Of a DNA stretch of 64,000 nt, positions 38,101-51,190 are shown one piece after another; position 1 is the stretch's first letter; each line of letters begins with the position of its first letter. The position numbers were made by a program, and so were the translations under genes. This stretch comes from Tubiluchus corallicola (lineage: Eukaryota > Animalia > Priapulida), in the NCBI GenBank assembly GCA_030141605.1, contig JAQGDQ010000041.1, positions 558,001-622,000 of the forward strand, written 5' to 3'. The notes under the pieces are model-generated. The model was not told the origin of the DNA, did no database searches, and worked only from the letters and a program-made list of their open reading frames with translations.

Positions 38101-41100
38101 ATTTGTTTAATCAAAAAATGTTTTCTCTCTTTTAAGTTATATAATTTGTAGTTTTCAGTCTTAATGATATTTTGTCTTGACTGTTGATTCAGGAAATGAT
38201 GCTGCTACCAGATAAGCAATTGCAGTTTCAAGCCTGCTTAACTTGGGTCTGATTAATTCAGAGTTTCTGTTAACTAATGTCGTATCTTAAGATGTAAATA
38301 TAATCACATAAGCCACATTTCATTAATTCAAGCAGATTCTTTGATGCTTGTAAATATATTTTAATCGGTGTTGATAGTAATTGCATTTAGAATCATTTCT
38401 CGTTTGTTTAAGTGTGATGTAAACAAGACGTAGTTTTTTCCCTGACCTTAGAGTTAATCCTCAGTCTGATTGTTCAACTAGCCAGTTTGTTATTGTTCAC
38501 AAGAAAACAGGTTGATTTTTCATATCCTACCCCACTATGAGTATAATAAAAAATATACTTTTTAACACCGATGACAATGCCAAAGCATTTCTGATAATTG
38601 AGTAATAGCTTAAACACTTAATTAATGGCCTACGAGCACAGCTAGTGATGATGTCATAACTGAGCATAATTTTCAATGACACAAATACTCCGCAACCATT
38701 TTGCATGTATTTGCGAAAGCAAAAATTAAAGGGTAGTGCTACTGTACAATCTTCAGTGTGATACACAAAAACTTGGCAAATGTTAAGTTTAAAAATGTAA
38801 AGTTCAAGTTTACTGCTGTATTCACGTATGAGCTCTTGAAAGTGTGTGCTACATCACAACTGAATGCATCTTAACTGAGGGGTACAGCTCCTGTTATTTG
38901 TGCAACTCTTCAAAGATGCCCATCTAACTAGTGAATGACAAAATGCACATAACAGCGAAGAACTAACCATGCGAACATGTAATTAATCATTTTTGCCATA
39001 ATAATTCTTTCACATAAGTCATTCTTAAAAAAACAATATGTTCCTTTTCAATATTTCGTAGGTTAGATTGTTTTGAGGTCTACTTTAGCATTGAGTCAAG
39101 TTTCCCTTTAATCTAATTTATAACACAGCTGAGGTTTTTTTAAATCAATGTTCTTATGCAATGTTGTTGTTAATTATTATATTCAATTTCAGCTGTTTGA
39201 TTTGATATCGTTCATGGTGATAATGATGGTTTTTGTCGTGGCTTATGGTATAGCATCACAAGCTGTACTTTATCCTAACACGCCATTTGGATCAGAACTC
39301 TTTAGAGGAATATTCTACAATGGATATTTTCAAATATATGGAGAATTGCTACTAGAAAATGTGGAAGGTATGGATTACTTTGTTGGTGTGAGCCAGACTT
39401 TTAATTTTGATTTAATTTTTCTAATTCATTCAGTTAGGACCTAGTCTGAAACAATGGTATTGGTTTGTGAATCATTCTTTGGTCCATTCTGCTGCCAGAT
39501 TCAGCTTGTTAAATGTTTTTATATCACCTTTCAAGTCTTGATTTTGTAACAACCTTTAAAAACGCAAAGCTAAATGTAACAGCTGAAATGTTAAAACATT
39601 GTTTTAATTGGTGTTAATTAGCCAAAAAAATGAAAAACTGAGAGTTTGAACTTAATGCACGTCTACTGTTATAAGTCATCAACATTCAGTAATGTGTTCC
39701 AAGTTGCTGATCCTGAGTTCTTAGGTCAAAAGGTAAAATCAAAGTGCAATGTTATTAAACTTACGTTACTGGCATCCCTATTACCAAACTAACTTGAACA
39801 AATATTATTTCGCAATATTTCAGATGATAATGAATCTCTGTCATTTATGGCATAAACAAGCTATTATTTAACCCTGGATGTGATATTTTAACCTTGGTGG
39901 TTTTTTGTCAGAATTAAAATATCACTTTCTAAATGAGGCTTTGTTAAGTACTAATTTGGAAACATTCTTCAAAGGTGTAGAAAAATGTGCTTTGATTTTA
40001 AGTGCATTTGAAAATAACACTTTGTATTTCAAAAAACATTAGGGTGACTGTGAATGAATTGCAAAGTTTGCAAGAAGTACTTAAGGTTTTAAATTTTGGA
40101 ACTAATGTTTGTTATTATGTTTTTCTTTGTTAGGCTGTAGTATAGCCATTTTGTTTTTGTTTTGGTCTAGAATGCTGAATCATAACCAAGCTTGCTTTGC
40201 AATATTCTTGGTTTGTCGCACTGATCTATGGTTGTTTATGTAATTAGTGTGGTGCTAGAAGGGTATTTTGCTTTATTTCTGTGTATGCACTTTCAAAATT
40301 TGTAAATACTTGAATGATTTAGCTTTTAGATCGATTTATATATTTTTGAAATTATAAATTACATAATCTCCTTGTTTTAGGTGATGGGTGCACAACGAAT
40401 GATACATACGCTAAATTGTCAGAGAGATGTCCTGTAAATTCGTCTATCGTCCTTGTACTGCTCGCGGTCTATTTGCTGCTAACGAATGTTCTTCTAATTA
40501 ATTTACTAATTGCCATGTTCAGCTACACATTCGAGAAAGCTCGTGATAAAACCGATTCCATTTGGAAGTTTTACCGCTACTGGCTGGTGAAGGAATATTT
40601 TGACCGTCCGCCTCTTGCTCCACCATTGATTATACTTGCCCATTTGTTCTTGATGCTCAGAGCCCTCTTTAGAAAGAAATTCACAGTGCATTCAACATCT
40701 TTTAGTAAGTTCATTTTACTGATAAGAATTACTAAGGTCCTCTTTTTTGTTTAAGAATTTCGGTGTTGTTCCACTACCATGTTTTAAATCTATTAGAAAA
40801 CAGTTAATTAGCTTTGTTGGTAAAAGTATGGTTTTTTTGTTTCAGAGAAAAAAATCTGACTTCCAGGCATATAAATTTAACGAAAGTTTTTGAGAGCTGT
40901 ATGTGCTTGATAAAGTTTTTGATAAGTGTATATGCTAATCATTAGTCATCAGATCACTGACTAAATGTTACAAAAATTTTATATTTAATGCTAAGGCATT
41001 GAAATCTGCTAAAAGCAACGTACATCAACTTTTTATTGAAAATATGAATTGAATTATGAATTGAATTTTTTAAATTATTTTGTAAATCTATAAGCTATTG

Positions 41101-44100
41101 CATTATCATTTTGCCTTTTTAATAGGACAACTGCTTGGCTCGGAAGAGAAGAAAAATGTAGAACGATTTGAAGTGATAAAAGCGGATGATTATTTTCGAA
41201 TTGTGCAATCTAAAATAAACGAAACTGACAGTGAAAGAATGAAGCAGTTGCAAAAGAGGTACTTATAACAAATTTGGTGCTTTTGTTTTGTTCTAAATGT
41301 TAAAATCGCTCGGTGGCATGGCAGCTTCACTTTCGTTGGTGTATGCATAAGCAGGATGACATTGTAACGGAACATCTGCAATGCACTACAGCCAATAAAA
41401 AAAACAAAACGCATTAATGTGAGTTGTCTGCTGTTGCATGCACATGAGCAACTCACTAGCTTGAAGTTATCACGGAAGTACAGACCTGATTAACTACAAT
41501 TAATGATACTCTGATTATTAGCAATTCAATGATAAAAGCATTAACATCATTGAAATCCTAGTTTGTCTGTCTTTGCTCAACATTTGCCTATATTTTATGC
41601 ATTTAGTGATGGTGTTTTTTTTGCAGCCAGTAAGTTCTATTATATTCGTTAGTTAATATAAATTATTATTTATTACAATAGTTAGTATAATAGCTAGTTA
41701 TTATAATAGTTAGTTCTATGCTACTAAACTATTATTAGTAATTATCAGCCGAAAGGTCAGTGTGGTCATTCCATTTCTCTGTAAGCCGATATTGAATAAC
41801 TTTAAAGCGTATGTCACATAATATTTGTATGCAGAAGTGTTAACATGACTATGTTTCGTTATTTAAAATACATTGTAGAGTCAGTAAAGGAGTTTACAAT
41901 TCAGTTTTAAATGCGTCTAAGTATGTACATGATTCACAGTTTTACTTCTTGTCTGTTCTTTGTAAAATCTGTTCTCTCTAAAACATATGCTGCAGTCAGT
42001 TTGCTAACTCGCATACTATCATTGAAGATAATAACTATATTTATGCAATTTATTTTGACAGTGTTGAAATGTTACTAAAAAAAGTTGATCAGGCTGAGGA
42101 GGTTCACCGCCAAAGTGTGCAAGAAAAGCAGCCTGAAATACAGTCCAAAATAATAAAGTTAGAAAATCAGGTATTTTTATTTATTCAATTACATATGAAA
42201 TAAGAGAGTGCTCTTCCAACACTAGATATAATCACATAAGAATAACATGCCATATAGCCTTACAATAATTTTATTATCACACAAATCTCTTCTTCGTAGG
42301 TGGGATTCATCAGGTGTAAATTGGTGCAAATACATTATTAATACAGATACAAGTACCAAAGAGTATCAAAACACAAATTTCGAAAAGAACAAGATAAATG
42401 CAATATTAAATTTGACCATCCAACAGAAACGAAATGTAGTACATTATTATTAATATTTCTATCACTAATAAACCATTGAGAAAAAAGTAATAAAGCTTTT
42501 GAGACTTAAAGACATGCGAGTATTCTTAGGAGATTTATTAAATATGTTCATTTCGCTTCATTGTTGTTAAAAGAGTAGCCTATATGTATTTGAAATTTGT
42601 TTCATAAGTCTAAGTTATTTATTTGGGTTTATTGATTTATATTAGTAGAATAACTGAAATATTTCATTATATAGTTAAACATCATGAATGCAGCACTGAA
42701 GTGGATTATGAATGTAATGATCGAGACCAGTCCAGACATAACTAATCTACCTCCTGCAGTCCTGTCAAGCATTCAACAAACAGACAAAGGTGTTGTGTCA
42801 GTTTTCTAAATAATTTGTTTCTGGCATTACGTACAAACCATGTCTCTGTTATTTACAAAATGTTCTATGAAGCAACAGTAAGGCTGAAAGTGTAGTAATA
42901 ATATAAAGTGATTTTTTGGCAAATTGGGTTTTAGGTGTATTGTCTGTGTGAAAGAATTCTTCATTGAATAATAAAATTAAATGATAATGAATTTTGTACA
43001 ACTATCATCATGGTCACTAGGCATTACTTTAAAAATTTGCCAATATTTCTTAATCGTACAACAATGTTCATTATTAATTGTGATTTTGTCAGATTTACAG
43101 ATTTTTTTTTATTGTATTAAACTTAATTTATGTAAGGGACCATATCATTATTTTCAATATATAATGATAATGATTGTTTATTTCACAGTTAAGAAAGTAA
43201 CTTGCAAAGTTGGTGAGGTGCACGTGAAATGTAGGGCAAGTCCTTATATTGGATCAATGGTTTGGCGTTTTGATGTGCCAGATGAAAAGGTACCCTGGGA
43301 GGTAAGTCTGATTACCAACATTTGCTCTTCAATACAGCAACAATGTCAGCTTTTCATTCTAACTGGTGACTAGGTTACAAACGATTTTAAAATATTTGGG
43401 GCTGTTATGAAAAGTTTTTATAGTCTACATATAATTTTTTATCTAAGTATTTTTTCTGAATACCAAGAAGTCTCTATTACTAATCTCGTGGTACAAATAA
43501 GTCAAAGGTGAAAGATGCTCATTGTAAATAAAAGATTTAGTTTTATGTTTATTATGTTATTTAAATACATATTTATAATTTTTGGATATTTTAGAACATT
43601 TCATAAAATACAGGTCGCTAATAAAAACTGTATTCTTTTGAAGTTTCGGTTGATATCTGGTTTTATCTACAGTATGTCTTTGAAAGTTTTCTTTTTTAGT
43701 TTTTTTATAGTAAAAGTATGAATGTCTTTCTTCTAGGTTCCCTTTCCAGAATACAGTCCTTTGCCGTATACAGCCGATTCTGTGTTGAATAATCCACCCT
43801 GGGCTGATCACATAGATCTTTTCTCGCTGTAAGCTCTTTAACATCTCACCTTGCTCAAGTTTTGTTCTTACGGATTTTCGCTTACTGCAAATTCTGTTAT
43901 GCAATTGTTATTTTACTGTAAGCTATATGCAGCTTTTGTATGGTTTTGTTTTTATTAAATTCTACATGCGTATTAAATCAGGAGGAGTATCCAGCTGCTA
44001 GTTGCTTCGTACTGTCTTATTTTGTCCAGCAAAGGGACCTAAATTGCAGTTTGTTGATTTTTATTGGCAGTGATTAGTGCAGGCTTAGTTTCAAGCATAA

Positions 44101-47100
44101 TATGTTACTGCTATTAGTTTAACAAGTAATAAAGTGCTTGTTGCGAAAAATTCCAGAGTATCTCGATCTTTCTAGTTATGTCAATGTGGTACTGCCATCT
44201 GTGTGAGAAATAAGAAAAACTGCTTAGTAACCTAAACAAAGGTATTAACAATTTAGAGTTCCAAGTGAAAGACTGCTCCCATTTAATGCTTATGATCACA
44301 AGCAGTGTGTGGATAGAAGGAGCTATTCTGGACAGTATAGAGTTGTGGATGGACTGCCTCTAAATCCTATGGGTCGAACTGGTTTAACTGGTCGAGGGAA
44401 TCTTGGACGTTGGGGTCCTAACCATGGCATCGATAGCATTGTTTCAAGGTTTGATGAAGATCATTTTGTAAAACCAGTAAATTCTTTTCGTAAAAAAAGT
44501 TTTTGCTCTTTAATTGTTCTGCTCTTTGTTTGTTTGTTTGCAATTTCAAAGTTTGTCTTCATTTGGTGTCGGAACTCTAAAAGAATCTATGCCGCCCTTT
44601 TATCGAGGCTTGTAAGTTTGGTGTATAGCTTCAATTAAGGTAACTAATGTTGTGATTTTTTGATGTACTTTTTCAGTAAAAATGAACTTCAGAGCCAAGT
44701 ACATAGGAATAAAAGATATGATACTTTGTTTGCTTTTTACAACTTTCGAAGAGTACTAATTACAGATACAATTTCTATTTCATTTAGATGGAAGAGACTT
44801 GAATTTGGCAAAATAAAGCAGAATAATGGAAAACCAGTTTTAGAATTTGTTGCAGTAAAACGAGATGATAGTGATTCATGGGCTTTAACAGGTGTAAGTT
44901 ACTGACATTTAAATCGATGGTGCTAGGTTGGAAGATGTGTACTGTACACAGACAAAAAAGCTCAATCATTTCGAGTAAATCAGAACGATGTACTGAGAGT
45001 TCATAAACTAGTAGAAATACTAAGTACTAAAATATCTGCAGTGTCACCTATTAAACCATTTCTTATACCTTCAGTGTAAAATTTATATTTCTTGAACTTT
45101 TGATTACATACATGAAAACTTATAGCTGAAGCTGATAAAGCTGAATGTATTGATGTAATTGTTACCTGTACTGTCATAAACAATTTATCCATAGGTTAAA
45201 TTGCGATTTTTAAATGCATTTAATTTATATAGGGTTTGTTGGAGGGCGGAGAAAAACCGGATTCTGATGCAGCTTGCAGAGATTTCTTTGAGAAAGCTCT
45301 TGGTTCAAACCCTGAGTTTGCTTCACAACAAGATTTGAAGAAAGTGTTTACTAATGGCGAACTGGTAATTACAAATTTTATTTTCCGTGTAGTGATTAGA
45401 GTTTCATCTAAGTTGTTTATCATAAGGTAGTCGAGAAGATTCAATATGTTCTGTTGTATAGTGGTCAAATAGAATCTGCTGTTTTGTCTAATAAGACACT
45501 GTATCATGGCAACATATCAAAAGTACTACTTTAGGGTTAGAAATTTACAGTTTGCCGGTCACTTTATAATAAAATTTTAGATCTTGGAGTTCACGAACAA
45601 CAACCTTCAACGAGTTATATATGTCAACACAGCTTTTTTCATTTAACGACTCGCTTACATTGTTCTGCCTTTTAAATTTTTAACATGCACAAACTTTTCG
45701 GCCATAATTTAAAAACACCGAAGCTGTAAACTTGTAACTAATGCATCGTATTAACAAACTGTGAAATTTTAACTTTGTAGAGCAGTTGCTTGTAATGTTA
45801 TTTGTAGTCTAAACTTCGGCACATTTTTCTGGGCCATCCGATGTCACCATTATAACTGTTGTCAGTATTATAACTGTGTTGATTCTTTCTTTTTTAAAAT
45901 TACAAATAGTATCCTGCTTGTAATCGTCAATTATAACTTCAAACTTGCATTACTCGTGTTTTCATGATTTTTCTGTGATTTGCAGAGTTTTGCTTTCGAT
46001 ATTTAATTTCCTTGTAAAAATTAAAAAATAGTAATCTGTATTTAACTACAGTCAGGTTTTTACTAATGTTATCGAAAACTATAATCGCCCATATAATTTT
46101 GCCATTCAGGTGAACCATTTTCATATATTCATTATCGTGCATACAGTAAAATATTTTGGTCAAAAAACTGCTACACTGTATACCATAGTACCACTAAAAC
46201 TAGAGTAAATCGAACATAATATGTAACATCCGAGTTTAAAGTGAATCGAAAAGAAAATTGAGCAAAATCTATGATGTTCTGTTACAAAGTAATTTGAGTA
46301 GATTTTATTTTTATTTTGTTTTATATTTAACAGATTTATGAGGGTTGTGTTGATGATCCACGTAACACAGATAATGCCTGGGTAGAAACCAAAGCAATAA
46401 ACTATCATGAGAAAGAAGAAACTTCAAACTTCTTATTTAAGGTGATAATTCATCATTTTTGAAAAATAAACATTAAACTGAACATTTATAGCTATTACTC
46501 TTTTGACAAATAGTAAATTGTCGTAGAATTACTCTATTACTGAAAACGAACTGAACACAAATTTTGTTGAAACAGGCGTGTTTGTTGAATTAATTTAAAA
46601 CCTAGATTTGAGATTAGCAACTCGCAAAGCTAGTGTTATCTAAAGGTTCTAGCAACTTTTCTTATATCCTAAATGTTTTGGTTTTGCACTATTATGGTTT
46701 CGGAAGAGTAAAGCCAAGCTTAGGTCAACCTCTGACATGACACAACTCGCGTCAGCTGACAGGAAACAGTCATAGACATGCGCTTAGGTTGACTGTGATT
46801 GATTTTCAGGAACTAGGAAAATACGAATTCCTGTGAGTTGGAACACTACTTAGGTCGACAAAGACTGAACATATTTGAATGAAAAAAATCAGGCTTATTT
46901 TTTACATGCAGTTCAGCACACTGCAAACTGGAATATAGCATTTAAAGTGACGGTTACTAGCATAACTTTTGTGGCAGGACTGGAATCTAGCTATTATCAA
47001 GAATAATCCTCTGAAATGAGACACCAAACTTGGAAAAGCCTCTTAATTCATACACATTCTCCACCAACAAGGAAAATAGTCAAATAATATGGTGATGAAA

Positions 47101-47624
47101 TTGCCCAAGATCAGTTTTCCTGGTGGTCATCCATCCACTTGCTAGTCTATCACCACCGTATCGTCAGGATGGTTATTCTCAAAAACTGTGGAAATGGTGG
47201 CCAACCAGTCAAGGTAATGGATTTTGTTACCGTACAGCATAAAGGTCAAATATCGTGGCCACATGTATTGGTTGAAAAGCAGTTATTATGTTAATTTTTT
47301 GGCATCTGAATGTTGTTGCATATGTATATTAAGGGCTGTTAACTTTAAAGCTAATATTGTTCATTTGTCTGTAAATAAACACATTTCAATTTTATTTTAG
47401 AGTATTGGCGGCAAAAAGAATATTAAATTTTGGGTGTAAAAAAGGATACGGTTTTCTGCTTAAACTCTGTTTGCAGGCATATGTTTGCATTGTTCTTTTA
47501 GGCTGGAAAGGAAACAGGCGTAGATGCAGTAACATGGCTAGAGCTCAACTCAGCAGAAATAATGCACAGCAGTCATTCTACTATACTGCGACAGTTGGCT
47601 GTGTATCATGATGCATCATACTAA
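20158..47624 (+). CDS. TRPM2: TRPM2-type cation channel with C-terminal NUDT9-homology domain, 32 coding exons, 1550 aa
   Basis: Exons 20158-20283, 21263-21333, 22434(or 22398)-22608, 22952-23132, 23981-24150, 24459-24639, 25467-25573, 26821-26918, 27732-27934, 28271-28368, 29065-29199, 30223-30436, 31044-31263, 32141-32366, 34067-34189, 34762-34847, 35038-35164, 35788-35916, 37509-37646, 37855-37977, 39193-39367, 40381-40704, 41126-41258, 42062-42170, 42675-42789, 43189-43301, 43737-43828, 44257-44448, 44788-44893, 45233-45364, 46334-46441, 47502-47624. Total 4653 nt with no internal stop. Motifs: [98 protein letters not shown]...[49 protein letters not shown]. Exon 1 and the intron-6 donor are the least certain. 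Confidence 0.93.
29604..30003. mobile_element. Palindromic Tc1/mariner-like MITE (about 400 bp) in TRPM2 intron 11
   Basis: TA-flanked. The right end reads CAGGGTCGTC as reverse complement and the left end is a decayed CAAGATTGTC. Long inverted arms, e.g. ccacatcaccatgtagcatggtttctcctctttccaaagagct versus agctctttggaaaagaggagaaaacatgctacatgatgatgtgg. Confidence 0.8.
31360..31440. repeat. Two-copy tandem repeat of about 40 bp
   Basis: gaaaatttggttgaacgactatctgattctctgcttgtgt / gaaaatttggtggaatggctatctgattttctgcttatgt. Confidence 0.75.
32565..32626 (+). pseudogene. Intronic diverged copy of part of TRPM2 exon 14
   Basis: Ungapped 50/62-nt match to 32232-32293: [21 protein letters not shown] versus [21 protein letters not shown]. 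Confidence 0.85.
32981..33026. repeat. Perfect 23-bp tandem duplication
   Basis: CTTCGATAGTCCCTTAAAATGAG x2. Confidence 0.95.
33447..33816. mobile_element. Possible decayed MITE in TRPM2 intron 14
   Basis: Ends cagtcgtggctcgta ... tacacgagccgctg are imperfect inverted repeats, with GGGGGT(T)G subterminal motifs. No clear TSD. Confidence 0.35.
36480..36900 (+). mobile_element. Decayed LINE reverse-transcriptase C-terminal fragment in TRPM2 intron 18
   Basis: [40 protein letters not shown] resembles the LINE RT motif L.VN..KTKIM.F......Y.G..IE.V..FKYLG. It contains a stop and a frameshift; boundaries are approximate. Confidence 0.7.
43189..47624 (+). other. NUDT9-homology (Nudix) domain exons 26-32 of the TRPM2 gene
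   Basis: HVKCRASPY...[11 protein letters not shown]...PPWAD...VDRRSY.GQY...[11 protein letters not shown]...EFVAVKRDD...WALTGG...[13 protein letters not shown]...SHSTIL, spliced in frame to the channel coiled coil. Confidence 0.93.
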
Positions 47625-48584
47625 ACGTTATCAACTGAAGCACGAATGCACATAGCAGCTATTCTACCATGCTGTTATATTTATTTGTGTTTTATAAACT
47701 AGTATTTTACTAAACATTATCATTCAATGAAAATGTATAGCACTCACTGTACAGTCACATAATGAACATCACTAAATTTTGAACAATATTACTGTTCGAT
47801 TTGTAAGTTTACTAATCTTTACCCAGGTTGTAACAATAACAGCAGTTTATATTCATTATTTTCATAATTTGGAAGAAGTTTTATTTTTAAATACTACGGA
47901 TACCAGGTTGAATTATAATAACGATATTTTTAATAAGTTTTCAAAGCTAGAAACAGTAACTATCGAGGTATGAGGGATCATTTCACTAATTGTCATTGCT
48001 GCAGATTAATATTTTTGTTTGAAACACTCGTATTACAAAAGATTATTCACAGTGATCAGAAAAATCTGGCATCTGAACTTTTACACTACAAAGTATATTA
48101 TTCTAATATTTCCAGGAATTTAAAAAATGTGGTTAGCAAAACAAAACGTGATTTTCGCATCACCATTGTCATCATTATTTCCTCACAATAAAAAAGTTTT
48201 GCAATGTTCCATTTTTACTATTGTTTTCCCCATGCATGGGCCATCCGTGTTTATTGACACCTTGTTAATTTCTAAACTCCAACTGCTGGATGATTCACCC
48301 TTAGTCAAGTTGGGAAAGTTTTAGTTAACTTCCTTGTGACTCCCAGCTTCGAATGAATGTAGTGTTGAACGCTTGCCAGTTTAATTGTCATAGTATTTTC
48401 AAGAAGTAAGCATTCAGAAGTGCTCGCCAAGCAACAAACCACTGTTGTATTTAATGTGTTGGTAATTTTGGCTTCAAGCTTTGCTTGCTCTTTATTATTG
48501 TGTGCAAACGTTTGCTAGCAAGTTGTTTAGAATGAAGGAAAAGTGCATTGCTAAAAACTTATAAAAGTTATTTGTTATCACGTT

Positions 48585-48590
48585 AATAAA
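48585..48590 (+). terminator. Candidate TRPM2 polyadenylation signal
   Basis: AATAAA about 960 nt after the stop, followed by T-rich sequence. Another AATAAA is near 48187. Confidence 0.35.
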
Positions 48591-51190
48591 ATGTTATTGT
48601 CATGTAAATTTATTTTTTCATATATGCTGTTTTCTTGTGAAAAAAATCCACATCACAAATACTTTATTAGCTGAGACGGATTAAAACGATGTGATTTAAT
48701 GAGGGAATGGAAAGTAGTTAGTTATCAGTAACTGGCAACATTGAAATTATCACTGCAAATTAGAAAAACTATGCATAATTTAAGTTTTAACCTAGAGTCA
48801 CGTGCATTGCATGTAGTAACAAATTAAGATGTCTGATATCAAAATAATGCCTGTAAGTGTAATATTAGTTTTTTTGTTAATAATTAAAAACCTCTAAATC
48901 AGCCATGATTGGTAATGTCTTTCAGGGGCTAAAAAAGAAAATACAATGGACCATACCTATGTTCAATTCTTATTTTTTTAATGACTTCAACCCCCTCTCT
49001 CTTCTCTTCCCCCTCTGTCTTTCTCTCGCTCTCTCTCTCTCACCTCTTGACTGTTTCTTCAGCTGTTCAGCTCCCTCTGCTCATTCATCAGCTGTTCAGA
49101 CATCAACGTGCTGAAAGAAGCTGCTATGCTCAGAGTGGAAACTCATCAGGCGTGACACGGAAGCGCAGTTAACAACTTTATAGTGACATCCGATATTGGT
49201 AATAGCTTTATGGGCTCTGGGAACCTTCACGAGCAGCACCTGCGTACCTACTGAGTATGTTTCACAGTCTTCATTAAAACTGGACAACACAAACTGTATT
49301 TGAGTTCAACTGGTTGAAATGTACTTTTATTCATGTTCACATTTCCGCTTTTTTATATGTTGTACTGATGAGTTATATCAGAGACTATAATATCCGCCAT
49401 GGTAAGCGTAACGCGGATGTTACATTCACATCCCTGAATATGCATAAATAAAGAATAAACATGAATGTAAATAAAAGAGGAAAAGAACGTTTAAAAAATT
49501 TAGAAAACTACCTTTTAAACTTATCAGAGCTATGCCGGTATACCAAAACGTTTCGCAACAAAAATAACAACTAAAAATCAAGTTAACGAGTTTATTAATT
49601 TAGTTTTCTTTTTCTTATTTAAATCCGACTTCATTAGATAACAATTGCTCATAACAAACCTGGTGAATACTATTATTATTTCAACATAAATACAGACTCC
49701 GTGGTGTTGCGCCATGAATATTTAAAATCATAACATATATTTTTACATAACCTGTATTTTTATTAGTAGGCTTCCCAAGCGTTGTGCACGTGATCAAAGT
49801 CCTTATGTGAGACGATAAACGGGCTTCATTACAGGGTGCAAGAACCGGATGGGGTGGTAATAGGCAATAGTAAACAGTAAAGCCATTTAGTTTCATTAGC
49901 TTATTATGGACCATTTTATTTGCCGCAAATGAAGTGAAGCAGTTTGTAAAGTGCTTGTCAGCTGCACATATTGTGGCCAAATGCAAGGACAGGTGTTGTT
50001 ATAGTGCAATATTGAAACATTGACCTAATAGATGATTAAAAAATCTTTAAGCTGCGCTCACGTTCTCCAAAAAAAAACAACAAAAAGTAACAAAAAATAG
50101 TAGCAACTTCTTTGCTATTAGCAAAATTCCTTTTGACTGGATTGGAGTTTCAGTATCAAATTAAACTGAAAAAAATTGCCATGTTTTCATGCATAATCGG
50201 TACTTGGTGTCTGAAATAAAGAAGTAAACAGGAAAGTTTTTAACAAGTACTTGTGTGGCTTCAAGTTGTTTGATTCCAGAACTTTCCAAATCCACATGCA
50301 GTTTCGACTTCCGACATTTGGCCAGGCTTAAATAATTCAATAATTATTTATAATTCGTTAATTATAGACGGATGATTATAGCTTTAAACATATTACAGAA
50401 TTAGCATAATTAGCTAGTAATTTCTCGATTGTGAGCAAACCAACACTTCAACTGTTAGATTAGTTGGTGAGCTAAGGACTATGTCGTCTACTGGTCACAC
50501 TTTTGTCGGTCTAGTTCAGTTTTAAAAAAGTTAATAACAGTTGTTGTTTCTAATTCATTCCATCGCTAACTGAAATCTTGAAATTAAGAGTATAACAATG
50601 AATAATGTCAGTGTTATAACTACGCATTTGCTTTAATACTATAATAATAATAATGCGTACGTTAAACATTACAAATGTATCAGTAATTTAAGTTTTCGCC
50701 TTGGTTTTTCGCCACCGTACAGGTACTTCTCAGTTCCATTACATTTCCTAGTTCATTCACTTAATCAGGCAGTTACATTGCCAGCTGTGTTAACGGTGTT
50801 CATGTTGGCTTTAAGTTCGACGGAAAGCACAGTCAGATAAGTGGGACTTTCGTAAAACAGTTACACCGCTTTCACATTTATACGATGCTCCCCACCTTAC
50901 GACTCCGCACAGTCATGTTTTTATTGTTTTATAATTATTCTTTTAATGTATATTTTTAATGTATGTGAGATAATAAGTAAATAAATACGTAAAAATAAAA
51001 CAGCAGGCAAGCAACATAGTTCTCTAAACTAAAGTTATAGGTACATGTTGCGGTATCGGACGCAAGCACACGGGCTAGGTCACCTTCCAAATAGGGAACT
51101 CTTCCTAGTAACATAGGCCACGCCTCGTTCAACTCTTTCTCAATGCTCAGCAGCTTTTATTTGCCAAACACTGGAATTTTATTTGTTGCA

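Noticed and set aside
46719-46859. CRISPR-like repeat-spacer array
   Set aside because: The repeats are only 11 bp, there are three copies, they lie in an animal intron, and there are no cas genes. Kept only as a low-interest periodic motif.
47040-47260. Minus-strand PDDTVVI resembling an RT (YADD) motif
   Set aside because: Isolated heptapeptide with flanking stops; insufficient evidence.
43189-47624. Stand-alone NUDT9 gene
   Set aside because: The exons splice in frame to the channel coiled-coil exons (42675-42789 -> 43189), and no separate start is needed.
49080-49400. CTGATGA motifs as hammerhead ribozyme or C/D snoRNA cores
   Set aside because: No matching GAAA core with closing stems, and no terminal stem with a properly placed CTGA box. 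An Infernal/Rfam scan would be decisive.
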